DNA of 64,000 bases from Bugula neritina (taxonomy: Eukaryota > Animalia > Bryozoa). The DNA is taken from contig OZ037766.1 in NCBI GenBank assembly GCA_964035545.1, positions 1,302,001 to 1,366,000 of the forward strand, read 5' to 3'. Of this stretch, positions 1 to 12,634 are shown piece after piece; the stretch's first letter is position 1; each line of letters opens with the position of its first letter. Both the position numbers and the translations under genes were made by a program. Under the pieces are notes generated by a model. The model did no database searches and was not told the origin of the DNA. It saw nothing but the letters and a program-made list of their open reading frames with translations.

Positions 1-442
1 AGCTGATCTACAAACAAACATGTCTGCATTTCTATGCACATTAGGAAGGTCAAAGACCTTTATGAAAAGGTCAAATGTCCTGCTATAAACTTATGACTAG
101 TGTATACAAATAGCTAGACTTATATAAACTGTAATATTTTATCATTTAAGAATAATGCAAGTCTTATACTCAGCAGTTTTACTATTAGTGTTTAAAGTAA
201 CTTATTGAAGGTAATATAAAGGGAAATCTTAAGAATGTTTTGAAGATTGTTGAGTTCAGAGTACATTTCAAGGTTGAATAGTTAAACACACTTTAGATTT
301 TATCAAATTTATTTGACCTTGAAAACAGTTATTATCTTTCTTCTGCTGATTATGCAATCATGAGGTATGATTGGTCTATTATGTATTTAGGCTCCACCCT
401 CTATGTTACATAGTGATGTGATTGGTGTGTTTTGTGTTTTAG

Positions 443-539
443 GCTCCTCCCTGTGAAGGCTGGGCTGTTATTGCAGAGATTTTTTGGTACAACTACAGCT
501 ATGGATGAATTTAAAGGAAGGCCCGTGAAACTAGACTAA
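443..539 (+). CDS. Terminal coding exon of an upstream SDR16C-family short-chain dehydrogenase (tandem paralogue of the gene at 1899-5880); the rest of the gene lies upstream of the window
   Basis: Acceptor ttttAG at 441-442, then (G)[34 protein letters not shown]. Same length (97 nt), same phase and similar peptide as the last exon at 5784-5880 ([31 protein letters not shown]). Confidence 0.88.
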
Positions 540-1781
540 AAGTTTTATGCTGTATTACAGTCTTTATGATTTTTAATATTCTATGTAGCTGTGTGAATTA
601 ATGCTCAAAATAAATCACTTCTCTTATATCTAGTCTTTTGATTTAGTAACTGATTTGTCTGTTTGTCTCTTGTTGCTGATTGGCTGAATATTAAAGAGTC
701 ATTTTTGATGACTCACCTCAACCACCTCTTCTAAGTACTCTATGCTAGTTGTTTATAGCAAACTTATCTATTTTATTCTACTTCTGGTGTGTGAAATTTT
801 TGTTTTACAAAATATATGTGAATTTTCATTGAAATAAATTATTTTCCCCACCTTAGACCGTGTAGTTTAATTAGTCTAAACTTGAGAACTTCAACTCAGC
901 TTCTGTCTACCATGATTTCGGCTGTGGATCTAAAAGATTATAACACCTGCAATTTACCACAAGTCTACAAGCCAGTTGTAAATGAGGTAGAAAGGGTCAA
1001 ACTTGGTCAGCTGAATTAATGGCAGGTTTTAGGGGCGAAATAGTGGTAAAGCACCACCCTACTTCATCTATTTCCCCAATTCTTCTGCTCCATCCAATAT
1101 GCAAGGTCGGTTAGTTATGGTGGGAAAGGAGCATGTTTACTAAGGCAGCATAGCAGTTAGCGCAGAGAAATTTTGTGTTTAAGGTTCTTATTGGTTCTTA
1201 TTTTCCTAAGCAATAGCCGCTGCTATTCTTGAGTCAGCATAGCTGCTTAAGAGGTTAAACAGTTACCCTGGGTTGATTCAGTGGGCCATAGGTCTTTCCT
1301 GTTCAGATGGATGTAGGAAGCAAAGTACAGGTTCACACACTGCAGGTAATCTAAACAGCCAACACTAATAGGAACTGCGTGCAGTATACATTCAGAAAGC
1401 AACCTCAACGCTTCTCTAAAACCTAAAGCTATTTTCAACTTATGTTGGGGTGGAATGCTTAAGGACTCTTTAGTCAACTTGCAGAGTAGTTTCTAATATG
1501 GCTGAGTGCCAATTTTACGAATCAAGTGATATACATAAATATTAATTCTTCATCACATTTAGTATTAGTCTACTAGCTTGCTACAAACTTCGTATTTAAT
1601 TGATCCTGTTTTGAAATTTAAGTTAAGCTCAGCAATTTTAGAACTCTGTTTAGTAAATTATGTTTGCTTTAGTTAGAACAAGTTTGTAAGTATTATACTA
1701 ATGCTTGGTTTTGAGCTTATCCCATAACAACCATTGAGAAACTATATAATTATGTTATAACATTACCTTTAACAGGACGCT

Positions 1782-1789
1782 TGACGTCA
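1782..1789. promoter_or_regulatory. Palindromic CRE-type site TGACGTCA about 110 bp upstream of the SDR start codon
   Basis: Perfect TGACGTCA in CpG-poor DNA just upstream of ATG 1899; function is inferred only from motif and position. Confidence 0.35.
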
Positions 1790-1898
1790 TATGAAGCTTG
1801 TCAACATAAAGCAAGCCACTCCATTGTATCAGTTGAACACACTGCACTTCACATCAGCTGAACGCATGCACTTATCTTAGTAGCTTACAGAATTCACA

Positions 1899-4800
1899 AT
1901 GGTAGACTTTGCGTTTGTACAAGAGACAGTACAAACAATACTCCTAACTCTATATTATATATTAGTAGGCATAATAAAAGCTATTTTACCTGCTAAACTT
2001 CTGCCTAAAAAGAGTGTTACCAAGGAGAAAGTGCTCATTACAGGGGCTGGTATGTATCTGAGTTTGTCTTTATTGGCATCATTGAGTTGTTAGAGGGGGG
2101 TTCAAGGGGATGTGAAGGAGTGTAGTGTCGCGTTGCATAATCTATTCTTTGCAATGAAGTCGAGCTTTTTTGCAAAAAAAAACTTCTAAGCTACTTTTTA
2201 TTAACAGTATAGAAGGTTTATCTCAATATTAATATTATGTTTAGTATTTAGTTTTGGAAAGCAACAGGTGTTTTCAAGTGTTAGAACTATAAATGAGGCA
2301 CCACAGTTATTCATTGATTTTAGGTGAATATGTCACAGGTATTAATAGCATAAATGGAAAAGTAAGTAAACATGGCACACTGTTGAATTTGCCCAAACCC
2401 AAAACTCCAATATATTGAAAATCATGTGCCATCTTACCCATGCCATTTTTATCTGTGCCAGTTTTATTATTATGACTTAAGCCTTCAAATATAGCTATAA
2501 CTCCAGTTCTGGTATGGTCATGCTAAGTTGACATGAGATATTTTATAATATTTAAAACCACAATAATGTCTTGCTCCACAGTTGTTAGTTAAAAATCAAG
2601 CAAAGCAGAGTTTAGTGTTAATATGTAGTAGTTTAGTGTTAATATGTTATAGTTTAGTGTTAATATGTATTAGTTTAGTGTTAATATGTAGTAGTTTAGC
2701 GTTAATATGTCATAGTTTAGTGTTAATATGTAATAGTTTAGTGCTAATATGTCATAGTTTAGTGTTAATATGTAATAGTTTAGTGTTAATATGTCATAGT
2801 TTAGTGTTGACATTTAGTAGTTTAGAATTGATATTCAGTATAATATAATAATTATATAGCCATACAACAACTGCTAACCTTTGAACTCTTGTACTGATAG
2901 AATGTATTGAAACATAGTAAATGAGTTGTACAGATGTTTATCATAAGCTTTGCTTCTGAACTTGAGAAAAACTCCACAGGGTCAAGTTTCATATATTTTG
3001 GCTATAATAAAAGCTGAAAAACTAACACAGCATATAACTGTTGGCAGCGTATTATATAGAATAAACTGAATACAGGTAAAAATTTGCACGAATATCTCTG
3101 AGCATTATCACTATTGCATAACCGATCACTGCTTGACCTAAAGTTTCGAATTTGTAGTCAATTTGATGTATGGAAATAGTACATGCAGCAAAATGGTGCA
3201 TTTCTGTTTGGATAATTTGCTAGTACTACTTATTGACCTTGTATTTGACCTTGAATTTGACGTCTAGCTGCTATCAGTTCACCAAAAGCTTGCCAACATG
3301 TACCCAGCTATTATGTAAAATATAACCAGCCATTGTTTAATTAACTGGTCAATGTTCAAGTAACCAGCCAATGTGTAATTTGCCATAAGTTTCTACACAA
3401 CTTCTGACAAATACAAAGAGAAAGCATTGCATGCAGCACTAACCACTAACCTTGAAAAATGTTTCAATTTCTATTAACAAAAGAATAGAGAAAATCCCTA
3501 ATTCAAGAGTAATCTAAGGTTACATAAATAAGAATATTGTTGTAGTTAGTAGTAAATCATTAATGTCTGTGTACTCAGTAAGGGTGGGTGCAGTTCCCTG
3601 TTGTACTAACCTGCGTCCTTACTTATATTTCAGGAAGTGGGATAGGCCGAGCTCTTGCTATTCACTTAGCTAAATTAGACTGTGAACTTATACTCTGGGA
3701 TATAAATGAGAAGGGCAATGAGGAAACTGCAGGAGAAATAAAGAAATTTGATGGAGTTGTTCACACGTACACTGTAGATTTGAGCAGAAAAGATGAAATC
3801 TACAGCACAGCTGATAAGGTGAGGTCTACATTACAGTACAGTACGTAAGAGGATATCTGCATCAGACAGATGATAAGGGGACATCTGCATTAAAAGGTCA
3901 ATAAAGAGGTTAATATTAAATTTTCTGCTGGTCATCCCATTTGTAGCTAGTCTCAGTTTGAACATCAACTATCAACATAATATTCACCAACAAAAGTAAA
4001 TGCAGCTGTGTTGACATATTGTGTAAACAACTGTGTTACCAGGCAACAGGATTCATGTTGCTAAGCAGCATGCATTGCATATTAGTATAGAACTTTGATG
4101 TTGCAATTTTAAGAGTTTTAATGTTGTCTTAATGATAAGATTACAATTCTAAACTAAATTATTATATTCTCTATTGCAACACCTAATTCCAGCAGCTGTA
4201 GAATTGTACTTGAGAGATCATTTAGTTCTATGTAGGGTTTGCATCTGTGAGGTCTAAACACTTGATCTGATTAATTGACATGTATACACTGTTGAAGACT
4301 TTTCTTGTTGCCTTTAACTCCATCTGTTTATATTTATTATTTGTTGCAAATTGATGTCTTATACTATATAAGTTACATTTCAATTACAGATTTGAATGTT
4401 GTTTCAGGTCAAACGTGAAGTTGGGGATATCAGTATACTAGTTAACAATGCCGGTGTTGTGACTGGGAAAAGGTATTTGCAGTCTCCGGATGGGCTGATA
4501 GAGAAAAGTATGTCCGTCAATGTCATGGCACATTTCTGGGTATGTACAGTATGCACGGCATATTTTGGGCATATACAGTAAACATAGCATGTTTTTTGTT
4601 TGTGTATATTATTGCATATAGTTCTGTGAATTCATAATTTTGATGGCAACTGGTAATTTTACTTTGTTATAGACTACTAAAGCTTTTCTACCTTCAATGC
4701 TAGAGAAGAATCATGGACATGTTGTGAGCATCGCAAGTTCGGCTGGACTAGTTGGAGTTAATGGACTCGCTGATTACTGTGCTAGCAAGTTCGCAGCTGT

Positions 4801-5880
4801 TGGTAAATGTCTTGCATTCATTGCGTACACATTGCAAACATTATAACTGACAATCATTGCAGTCTAGGATTATGTTTTAGGAACTACAGTTATTTTTCTT
4901 CACTCAATTTCTACTGCAACATTTTCGTTGGGATTAAACCAAATTTTGTTCTAATCATCTCTCAGAATGTCACACCCACCAGTTCTACTAGTTTGATTAT
5001 ATTCTCAGTAAAAGTATCTGAGCTACATCAAGCTCTGGTTTTTTCTTTCCCAGCTGCCATTAAGTGTAAGAAGTGCCTTCGAAATGTTTGCAGGGTTTAT
5101 GGAGTCCCTAAGTGTGGAAATTGCTACCGCAGGTAAAGAAGGTGTGCACACTACAGTTGTCTGTCCATACGCAATAAATACTGGCATGTTTGATGGCTTC
5201 AAAAATTGCAGGTAAAAAGTAAATTGATTTTCTATAATATATAATATAATTTAAACTTGATAACTTAATTTGCTCAAATGAGAATGAAATGTTTTAGAGA
5301 CATTAAGGGCAGAAACTATAAGAGTTGAATTCTGTTTGTTCACTAGATTTCCTTCCATTCTGCCGATATTAGAGACAGAATATGTTGTGGAGAAAATTGT
5401 AGACGCCATTTTAACCAATCAGGAGGCTCTCTACCTTCCTCGGTCGGTGTATTTGCTTACAGCGATGAAAGGGTAAGCTTTCTACAGCCTCAAACTGTAG
5501 GCAAAACACTTGGTACTTGAGAAGTTACAGCTGATCTGTGTAGAATTAGTAGACAATTTATAGGTTCGTCTGGCGAATTAGTGTAAAATATGATTATTTC
5601 ATTTTTACTTCTTTGAATATACAAACAGACAGATTCACAAGACATTAGTTTTCATGATGACTCATCTATAAACACCTCATCGAGACAAACTCATCATCAT
5701 AATATCATGTTATAAAAATTCATTTGAATATCGAATATTCTCCGACATTCCAACCATGCTGTTATCTTGGTATTTACTTTCAGACTTATGCCCGTCAAAG
5801 CTGGTCTACTACTACACAAGTTCTTCGGCACAACCAGCGTAATGGACGAGTTTAGAGGGAGACCAACAAAGACAGACTAG
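1899..5880 (+). CDS. SDR16C5: Short-chain dehydrogenase/reductase family 16C (epidermal retinol dehydrogenase 2 / RDH10-like), ~312 aa, 7 exons
   Basis: Exons 1899-2049, 3634-3818, 4408-4539, 4673-4802, 5094-5211, 5347-5472, 5784-5880 (939 nt, all GT-AG, phases consistent). N-terminal hydrophobic anchor, TGAGSGIG, ILWDIN (Asp typical of NAD-preferring SDRs), NNAG and catalytic YCASK. The symbol denotes family likeness, not proven orthology. Confidence 0.92.
2609..2830. repeat. 21-bp minisatellite (AGTTTAGTGTTAATATGTnnT), ~10 copies, SDR intron 1
   Basis: Directly visible tandem units; explains the spurious ORF 2582-2848. Confidence 0.9.
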
Positions 5881-6843
5881 GCTACCAGTGCTACCTCTAG
5901 AATTCAAGGTTAATATTAGGGGCAGGTCACACTCCCTATACGTTCACCAAACTAGTATAGTAATAATTTCAAACCACTGGTTTGTTGCATGACAAAATGC
6001 TCAAATGTATTGTTTATTAATTTATCATACTTTATTTTCTTGAATATAATCTTCTTATAAAAATAGATTTATAATAATTATGAAAAAACAAATAATAGAG
6101 ATTCAATTAAATGATTCGAAAAATATTGGAAGATTCGGGTTTGGAGATTCTTTGAGATTAGCACCTTTGGTTTAGTAGCCTGTAAGAACAATGGTTATTG
6201 CATACTCGGTATACCACTATAAAGAAGACAACTCCACACAGTGCATAATTACTGCTCTATTATTAAATAAATAATTAGTTAATAATACATACTACTATCT
6301 ACAACAATAGAAATATATTCAAAATATTATATCAATTAAAAATTGCATATTTACTAATTCATTGAATTTAAAATGCTAAAAATTCAAGTAGCTATGCTGA
6401 ATCTATTTTTCAGCATGTAAAAGATTAATTTTACAACATGCAAATTACATCATTATGGTAATAAAACAATAGCTGCTATTAAAATATTTTTAGCAATAAA
6501 ACAACATACTACATACAATAAGTGGTTAGTACTCACAATAAGACATGACTGAAAACGATGTTCTTTATCGAACTTTTTCTACAAATCAAAATCACGTTTT
6601 ATTCAAATAATTGCTCTGAGCATTAAAAACTAAAATATAATTTTATTAGACAGGTGTGAGGGTTTTAAAACTTTGACTCTGGGACATAGCAGGCTTTCCA
6701 GTCAGTCATGTAAATTTCTGTCTAATTTTAAATGAACAGATTTTAGAAATAGTCAGGTGGCAACAAAATCCAAATACATAAATTTGCATCTATTATTATA
6801 AACTACAAGACTGTTTATAAAAGAGTAAAATATCAAGATATAT

Positions 6844-6956
6844 CAGTCACTAACAATTATAGTATCACGCTGAGTCAAAGTGACTCACAGTCACTCACAG
6901 TTAAAGTATCACACTGAGTCACAGTCACTAACAATCATAGTATCACACTGAGTCAA
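6844..6956. repeat. Degenerate tandem repeat rich in TGAGTCA/AGTCAC just past the SLC37 stop codon
   Basis: Repeated AGTCACT(A/C)ACA...AGTATCAC(A/G)CTGAGTCA units. Confidence 0.6.
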
Positions 6957-6967
6957 ACTAACTTAGT

Positions 6968-9900
6968 CTAACTCTGAGTTGCAATATTTAGACATGAAGA
7001 CCTACTTTTTTGATCAGTAGCCGGTGGGTTGAAGTTCTTGTCCAAATCTTTTCCAATGATGAGAGCAAAGAAGGCGACTAGGAGGGCAAAGTTGAGAAGG
7101 AGGAAGGCTCTGCTCCACCCGTAGTGGGCAGCCAGGAAACTCATAGGAAACCCAGCCATAACAGCAGCCACTGCATGTGCAAATGGCAATAAATGCATTG
7201 AAGTACAAGTAACAACTTCTTAAATAAGTCTTTCTTGATAATTTGTGAAACAAGGTTTTCACAGCGCACAAACCTTGATAAAAACAAAATAAATCCCCAA
7301 GCTTTCTATTGATATAATAAAGTTATAGGTGACATACAACCCTAAACGATACTTTATAGTCAGGATAGAAAGCTGTATGACTAAGACTTTTAAACCTCTT
7401 AGCAATTTATAAACCCAAAGATCGGGCGGTCTACTCACTGTTCATGGAGAAGTTGACCAGGGCATAGCAGGAGCTCAGTTTATTCGGAGGGGCCGTCTCG
7501 ATAGTCATCACTTCTAAGTTCTGTAAGGCAGCGCAGAATGTCAGTCCCATGATGAACCCATAGAAGTTCACCTCCATCTGCAACACATACAGACGTACAG
7601 TACATACAGACGTACAGTACATACAGACGTACAGTACATACAGATGTACAGTACATACAGAGCAGACGTACAGTGCAGACGTACAGTGCAGACGTACAGT
7701 ACAGATGTACAGTGCAGACGTACAGTACAGACGTACAGTGTGAAACTGTTGCTCAAAGTAAAGCTCTCTACTGACAACTATAGAGAAACTTAATTTAAAG
7801 CAGAAATCTAAATGAAGAAATAAAATATTTTTTGTCAATATTTAAATTAGAAAAATATTCAAACTGACAAGAAATGTGAAGAAATTGTTAGTACTGAGGG
7901 TATAACTGAGGGTGGGCAAGATACGCCCCGACTAGAGAGAACTTACGGAGCCAGAGTAGGCGTCTATGCCAAGGATAAATGAGCTGAGAATTATTCCTCC
8001 ACCAAACAAAGAGATGAAGAGCAGAATCATCCTCGGGAAGTTGTAGTATCCAATTGACATTTTCTGGTATAAAAATATTGTAATCAAGTTACATGAAAAA
8101 TGTTATTTAGCTGTGTAATACCACATGTAGCATAATTTAATGTTATAATAGAATATTATATTCATTTACACAACACAATAATATTAATTAGAGCAACAGG
8201 TAGTAATAATTCAACAGCTAGAGTCAGTATATTTAGTGCGATATAATGAAACTAAAATATAAATTACTTTGTAAATGAGGCTAAGAAATTTCATAATCAC
8301 AAAGATCTTGTAAATTATATTATATTAATATTATGTGCTATTGCTCTATTCTGACATAACATTACTGGGCAGTATAATGTATTACATATTACAATATAGA
8401 ATTCATCAAACACATTTAGTAAAGTATTCATCAGACATACATGTTTCACTGCAAAGTCAGCAATAGCCCCAACAAACACGGTGCCGACAGCACCACCAAA
8501 CTCTAGAGCCTTCCCGAAGAAGCCGGCGTTGTACGTGGAGAGTCCTCTTTCCTCCATGAGGTAGAGTTGGCCCCAGTCGGCACTTCCCGCTCTAATGAGG
8601 GTCATGAGGAACCCCCCACCACAGAGCACCAACATAAACTCTGAGCCTACCAGATCCGTCCAATGAGCATCACTGCCTTCTGTGGGGAGGAAAAACAAAA
8701 TAGATAGCATAATATTGGAGTTATTTTCTCACTACATTACTACACCATAAACAGAAGTATTGCAAACTCATCTGGAAGCAAATTTATTAATTAATTTGCT
8801 AGGAAAATTACATGAAAAGTCAACTCCAGAAACTTTAAGAAAAACAAAGTTTAGTGGCGAGTTATCTCATTGGTACTTAACATCATAGTGGCGAAAATAT
8901 TAGAGCAATGGGGTGCAAAATATACTAGTGAAAAGTGAAATATTCAATAAGATTAGAGCAGTGAAGTCTCTAGATTTAGACATTTGTTAGGTCATGTGAT
9001 CATTTAGCTTACGACAGACTCCGTATTAAACAGTATAGACTACTAGTGAGTATAGTATAGATTACTAGTGAGTATAGTATAGATTACTAGTGAATATAGT
9101 ATAGACTACTAGTGAGTATAGTATAGACTACTAGTGAGTATAGTATAGACTACTAGTGAGTATAGTATAGACTACTAGTGAGTATAGTATAGACTACTAG
9201 TGAGTACAGTATAGACTACTAGTGAGTATAGTATAGACTACTAGTGAGTACAGTATAGACTACTAGTGAGTATAGTATAGACTACTAGTGAGTACAGTAT
9301 AGACTACTAGTGAGTATAGTATAGATTACTAGTGAGTATAGTATAGATTACTAGTGAGTATAGTATAGATTACTAGTGAGTATAGTATAGTATAGTATAG
9401 ACTACTAGTTAGTAAGTAGAGATTATAATTCCGACCTTTCTCTGACTCCTGATCTGTATAGCCAACGTCAGAAGGCTTGTCAAAGTTCATAAAGTAGAGA
9501 GCAGTAGAGACAACCATCGATATGACTGCAGGCATCTGTATAGCCACCCGCCAACCATGATCTGTAGCCCAGGAGTTAGCCATCGGTGGACCAACCAGGT
9601 TGACAATAAAGTACGAGAGGCTTATCATAGCCCACCATAGTCCAAAAGTTACAGAAGGGAACCTGAACAAACATTCATGAAATATTACTAATAAATAATT
9701 AGTATGATTAGTGCAAAGATATACCAAAATTATTTTCTATGAAGAGAAAGTACTTCCCAAAAAAATTATGAAAAAAATATTTGCGAAACAACTTAAACAA
9801 GCACTTATTACAATAAAATAGCGATTTTTATACTAACTCTTTAGCGTCATTACAACTGTGAATGAGTAGAACTTAGTGAGTGAGTGAGATAGTGAGTGAG

Positions 9901-11636
9901 TGAGTGAGCGAGCGAGATAGTATGTGAGTGAGTGAGTGAGCGAGTGAGTGAGTCATAGTGATTATACTTACCAGTTTCTGACGATCTGTACTGCACAAGG
10001 CCAGCCAAACCCGTTGGTAATCCCCACCATCGTAGCCAATAACATAAGATTGGTTGTCTCATCCACATCTGCAGCAGAAGCACTAGTTACTATATTTTAT
10101 AGAAGTACTGAAACTAGCATAGGAAGTTGTCTACCCAACTGTGTCACATTGTTATAAAATGCTGTAGGTTGTCTACTTTCTAATCTAGGCACACATATCC
10201 TCGTTGCTGTTGCTTATAACCATTTACAGCCATATAGCAAATCGCAACAGCATAATTTTGTGAGCAATAGTTATTTTTGTCAATGCTTAACGTATGGTGC
10301 AAATGCAAACTCGAAACAAAATTTATGTTTTCATTAGTTTATTGTTAAAGATTGCGTCAAAAGTGTATGTGTGACTAAACATTGTAGAAATACAGCAAGG
10401 AGTTGCCCGTTCCTTAGTTTTAAATGATGATAATATTGTTACCTGGAGTTGTCTTCCATTGTATAAGCGATACATGAGAAATTATAAGGAATTTACGAAC
10501 CAGAAAATCCAAAATTGAAGAATCCAGTGAGAAACATTCCAGCAGCGAAGAGAGTTTTAGGACTGTTACTATCCAGTGACACGCCAACAAAAAGAGATGA
10601 TATAGCAAATCCAATCTGTTGCAACATCATAATTGTCGCTGTTCAGAAAATACACCAAGATTTAAATGCGGAAAATTTAACATTAAATTACTAGCAATTT
10701 TAATTATTATTCCAACAATAGCTATTAAGTAGAGAAACTGAAGGAGTTATCTTTCCCTACTCGCCATTTGTTTTCCAATTTATCTGCATTATCTCTGTTT
10801 TAGAATAATCTGCAACTATAACTAAGTAAGTATTTCCAGCAGAACATTGAAACTAGTAAAACTGAGTAATTAGGAAAACTTATTGATCTCTTCTCAATAC
10901 TCACTGATCTCTACGCCTGTAAACACTCCTTCGTTCATGATATGCGGCAGCACAAACTGGAAGACCCTCCGGTTGTAGATAAACAGGCAGTGGCCAATGA
11001 AGCAGCTGGCAAACACAAAGAGCTGGTACGTACTGAAGGACACATCCTTCTCTTCTGCATTATCAACAAATAGTTTCAGAAGAAATATAACAATTTTTCA
11101 ACACAAACAGGTTCCGAAATCAGAACATGTAAACCAACTAAGTAGGCATGCATGCACATTTCATCACCACAGCTGTCAATACATGATCTACCTCTAGACT
11201 AGAACGTTGAGTAAAGAAAACAAGTAGCATAACATAAGCCCTTGAGATTTTTATATTAAGCCCTGGCTTCAAGCAAACTTATTAAATGGAAATCCCATCT
11301 GCTTGTGCAGATGAAATTTAGTGAATAAAGTATCAATAAAACTGATGGATGGTGAAAAAAAGAATTCTATGCAAAATTACTTCAATCACAATTTTCACAA
11401 AAAAAACAAACAAAGCTTTTAAAAAACTTGAGAAGTTGTTATGTAATGCCATATTACGCATAGCAAATGTGTCTGAAAACTGTTTATGTGATAATCCAAT
11501 ATGTAATAAATAAATGTTGGGTACCATTTGCTGATCTTACTTTACCTTCTAGGACAATTGGTTGAACATCATTGGAGTCGGAGGCTGGAGACTCTTCCTC
11601 TTCTCCAGAGCCACCATGATCCTCTTCCTCACTCAT
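6968..11636 (-). CDS. SLC37A4: MFS organophosphate:Pi exchanger, SLC37A4 (glucose-6-phosphate translocase)-like, ~466 aa, 9 exons
   Basis: Exons (minus) 11636-11546, 11054-10905, 10638-10501, 10068-9972, 9662-9436, 8679-8441, 8063-7947, 7577-7439, 7170-6968 (1401 nt, phases consistent). Motifs IYNRRVFQFVLP, NGFGWPCAVQIVRNWFPSVTFGLWWAMIS, DWGQLYLMEE and AGFPMSFLAAHYGW parallel human G6PT ([57 protein letters not shown]). Divergent member. Confidence 0.85.
7586..7740. repeat. ACAGACGTACAGT-type short-unit tandem repeat abutting an SLC37 acceptor site
   Basis: Visible units of (CATAC/TGC)AGACGTACAGT. Confidence 0.85.
9032..9409. repeat. 22-bp minisatellite GACTACTAGTGAGTATAGTATA, ~16 copies, SLC37 intron 5
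   Basis: Near-perfect tandem units. Confidence 0.92.
9875..9954. repeat. (GTGA)n microsatellite
   Basis: Visible GTGA/GCGA run next to an exon donor. Confidence 0.85.
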
Positions 11637-12634
11637 TTTGATTCAGTAAAATGACGTTAGATATAAACTACAAGCATTTACTAGTGCATGGTACTAGTAC
11701 ATGCATCAGTGCATGCACCATAAATACACTATAGTTCTAATAAATTAGTATTCATCACTGCGGCTTTAACCACTACGGAATCACATCATGATGAAGCTTA
11801 AAGAATTATTCGACGTATAAATTATAATTTAAAATAACACTAAAAGTTATCACGCTAATCAGCAATGAACATTGAATTCGACAAATTTCAAAGAGCATTC
11901 ATAAAATTAAAAACATAGGTTAAACTTTGCAGCTATTTCTTACTAATAATAAAATTATAATTATGATGATCATAATGAATAAATGACAAAAAAATCAAAG
12001 AAATTTATTATTATAATATAAATATCAATAACTATAGAAAATATAGCAAAGTTGACATTTCTATCGAGTTCACATTGAGTGATTGCTGATTCACATTGAC
12101 TTTGAGTTTGACATTGCAATACTAATTGTCAATTCCATTGTCATTGTGATTGAATTTGAATTCGACTTGAACGTTCAAACCTGTTCAATCTCAAAACTGT
12201 AGAAATTTTCCATAAATAAAAATACTCTTCAATTTTTTACCATAACTGACTATGTATACAACATGAAATCCTTCTTTATGGTTCAAAGCTGCAATATGAA
12301 AGCTACACTTACTAACCGAAAAAAAGGAAGAAATATTTCTCACGTTGGAATATTTCCGCGCTGTGTTACGTAACAATAAGCCTGCCAATTGAAGTTTGCT
12401 ATGGCCGTTGCTACGCAACTATAAAGAACTGCCCAAACACAGCTTTTAAAACTATTCGTAAATCAATATATTGGGTCAGTGTTTTATAAGGCCACGAATA
12501 TGCCTAAAAGCCCCGCCTACTAGTGAATCGAAACTCTGCCACATGCTTTAACACTGAAACAAATAGCATCGTTGGCAAACCGAATGAGCAAAGTTTGCCA
12601 AATTTCTCCTTCATTTGTGCCACTGTACTCGATA
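11637..12634. promoter_or_regulatory. Putative bidirectional promoter between the head-to-head SLC37-like and SLC5A7-like genes
   Basis: The two start codons are only ~1 kb apart on opposite strands; local CpG enrichment at ~12340-12570. Confidence 0.5.

Noticed and set aside
5881-6967. Overlapping 3' UTRs of the convergent SDR/SLC37 pair (and SLC5A7/NCX at 20353-21324)
   Set aside because: AATAAA/TTTATT hexamers are abundant in this AT-rich DNA; transcript ends cannot be inferred without RNA data.
10186-10302. Weak inverted-end segments suggesting old MITEs (also about 1143-1248, 14803-15120, 37521-37662)
   Set aside because: Inverted repeats are too degenerate and no TSD or second copy could be established by eye.
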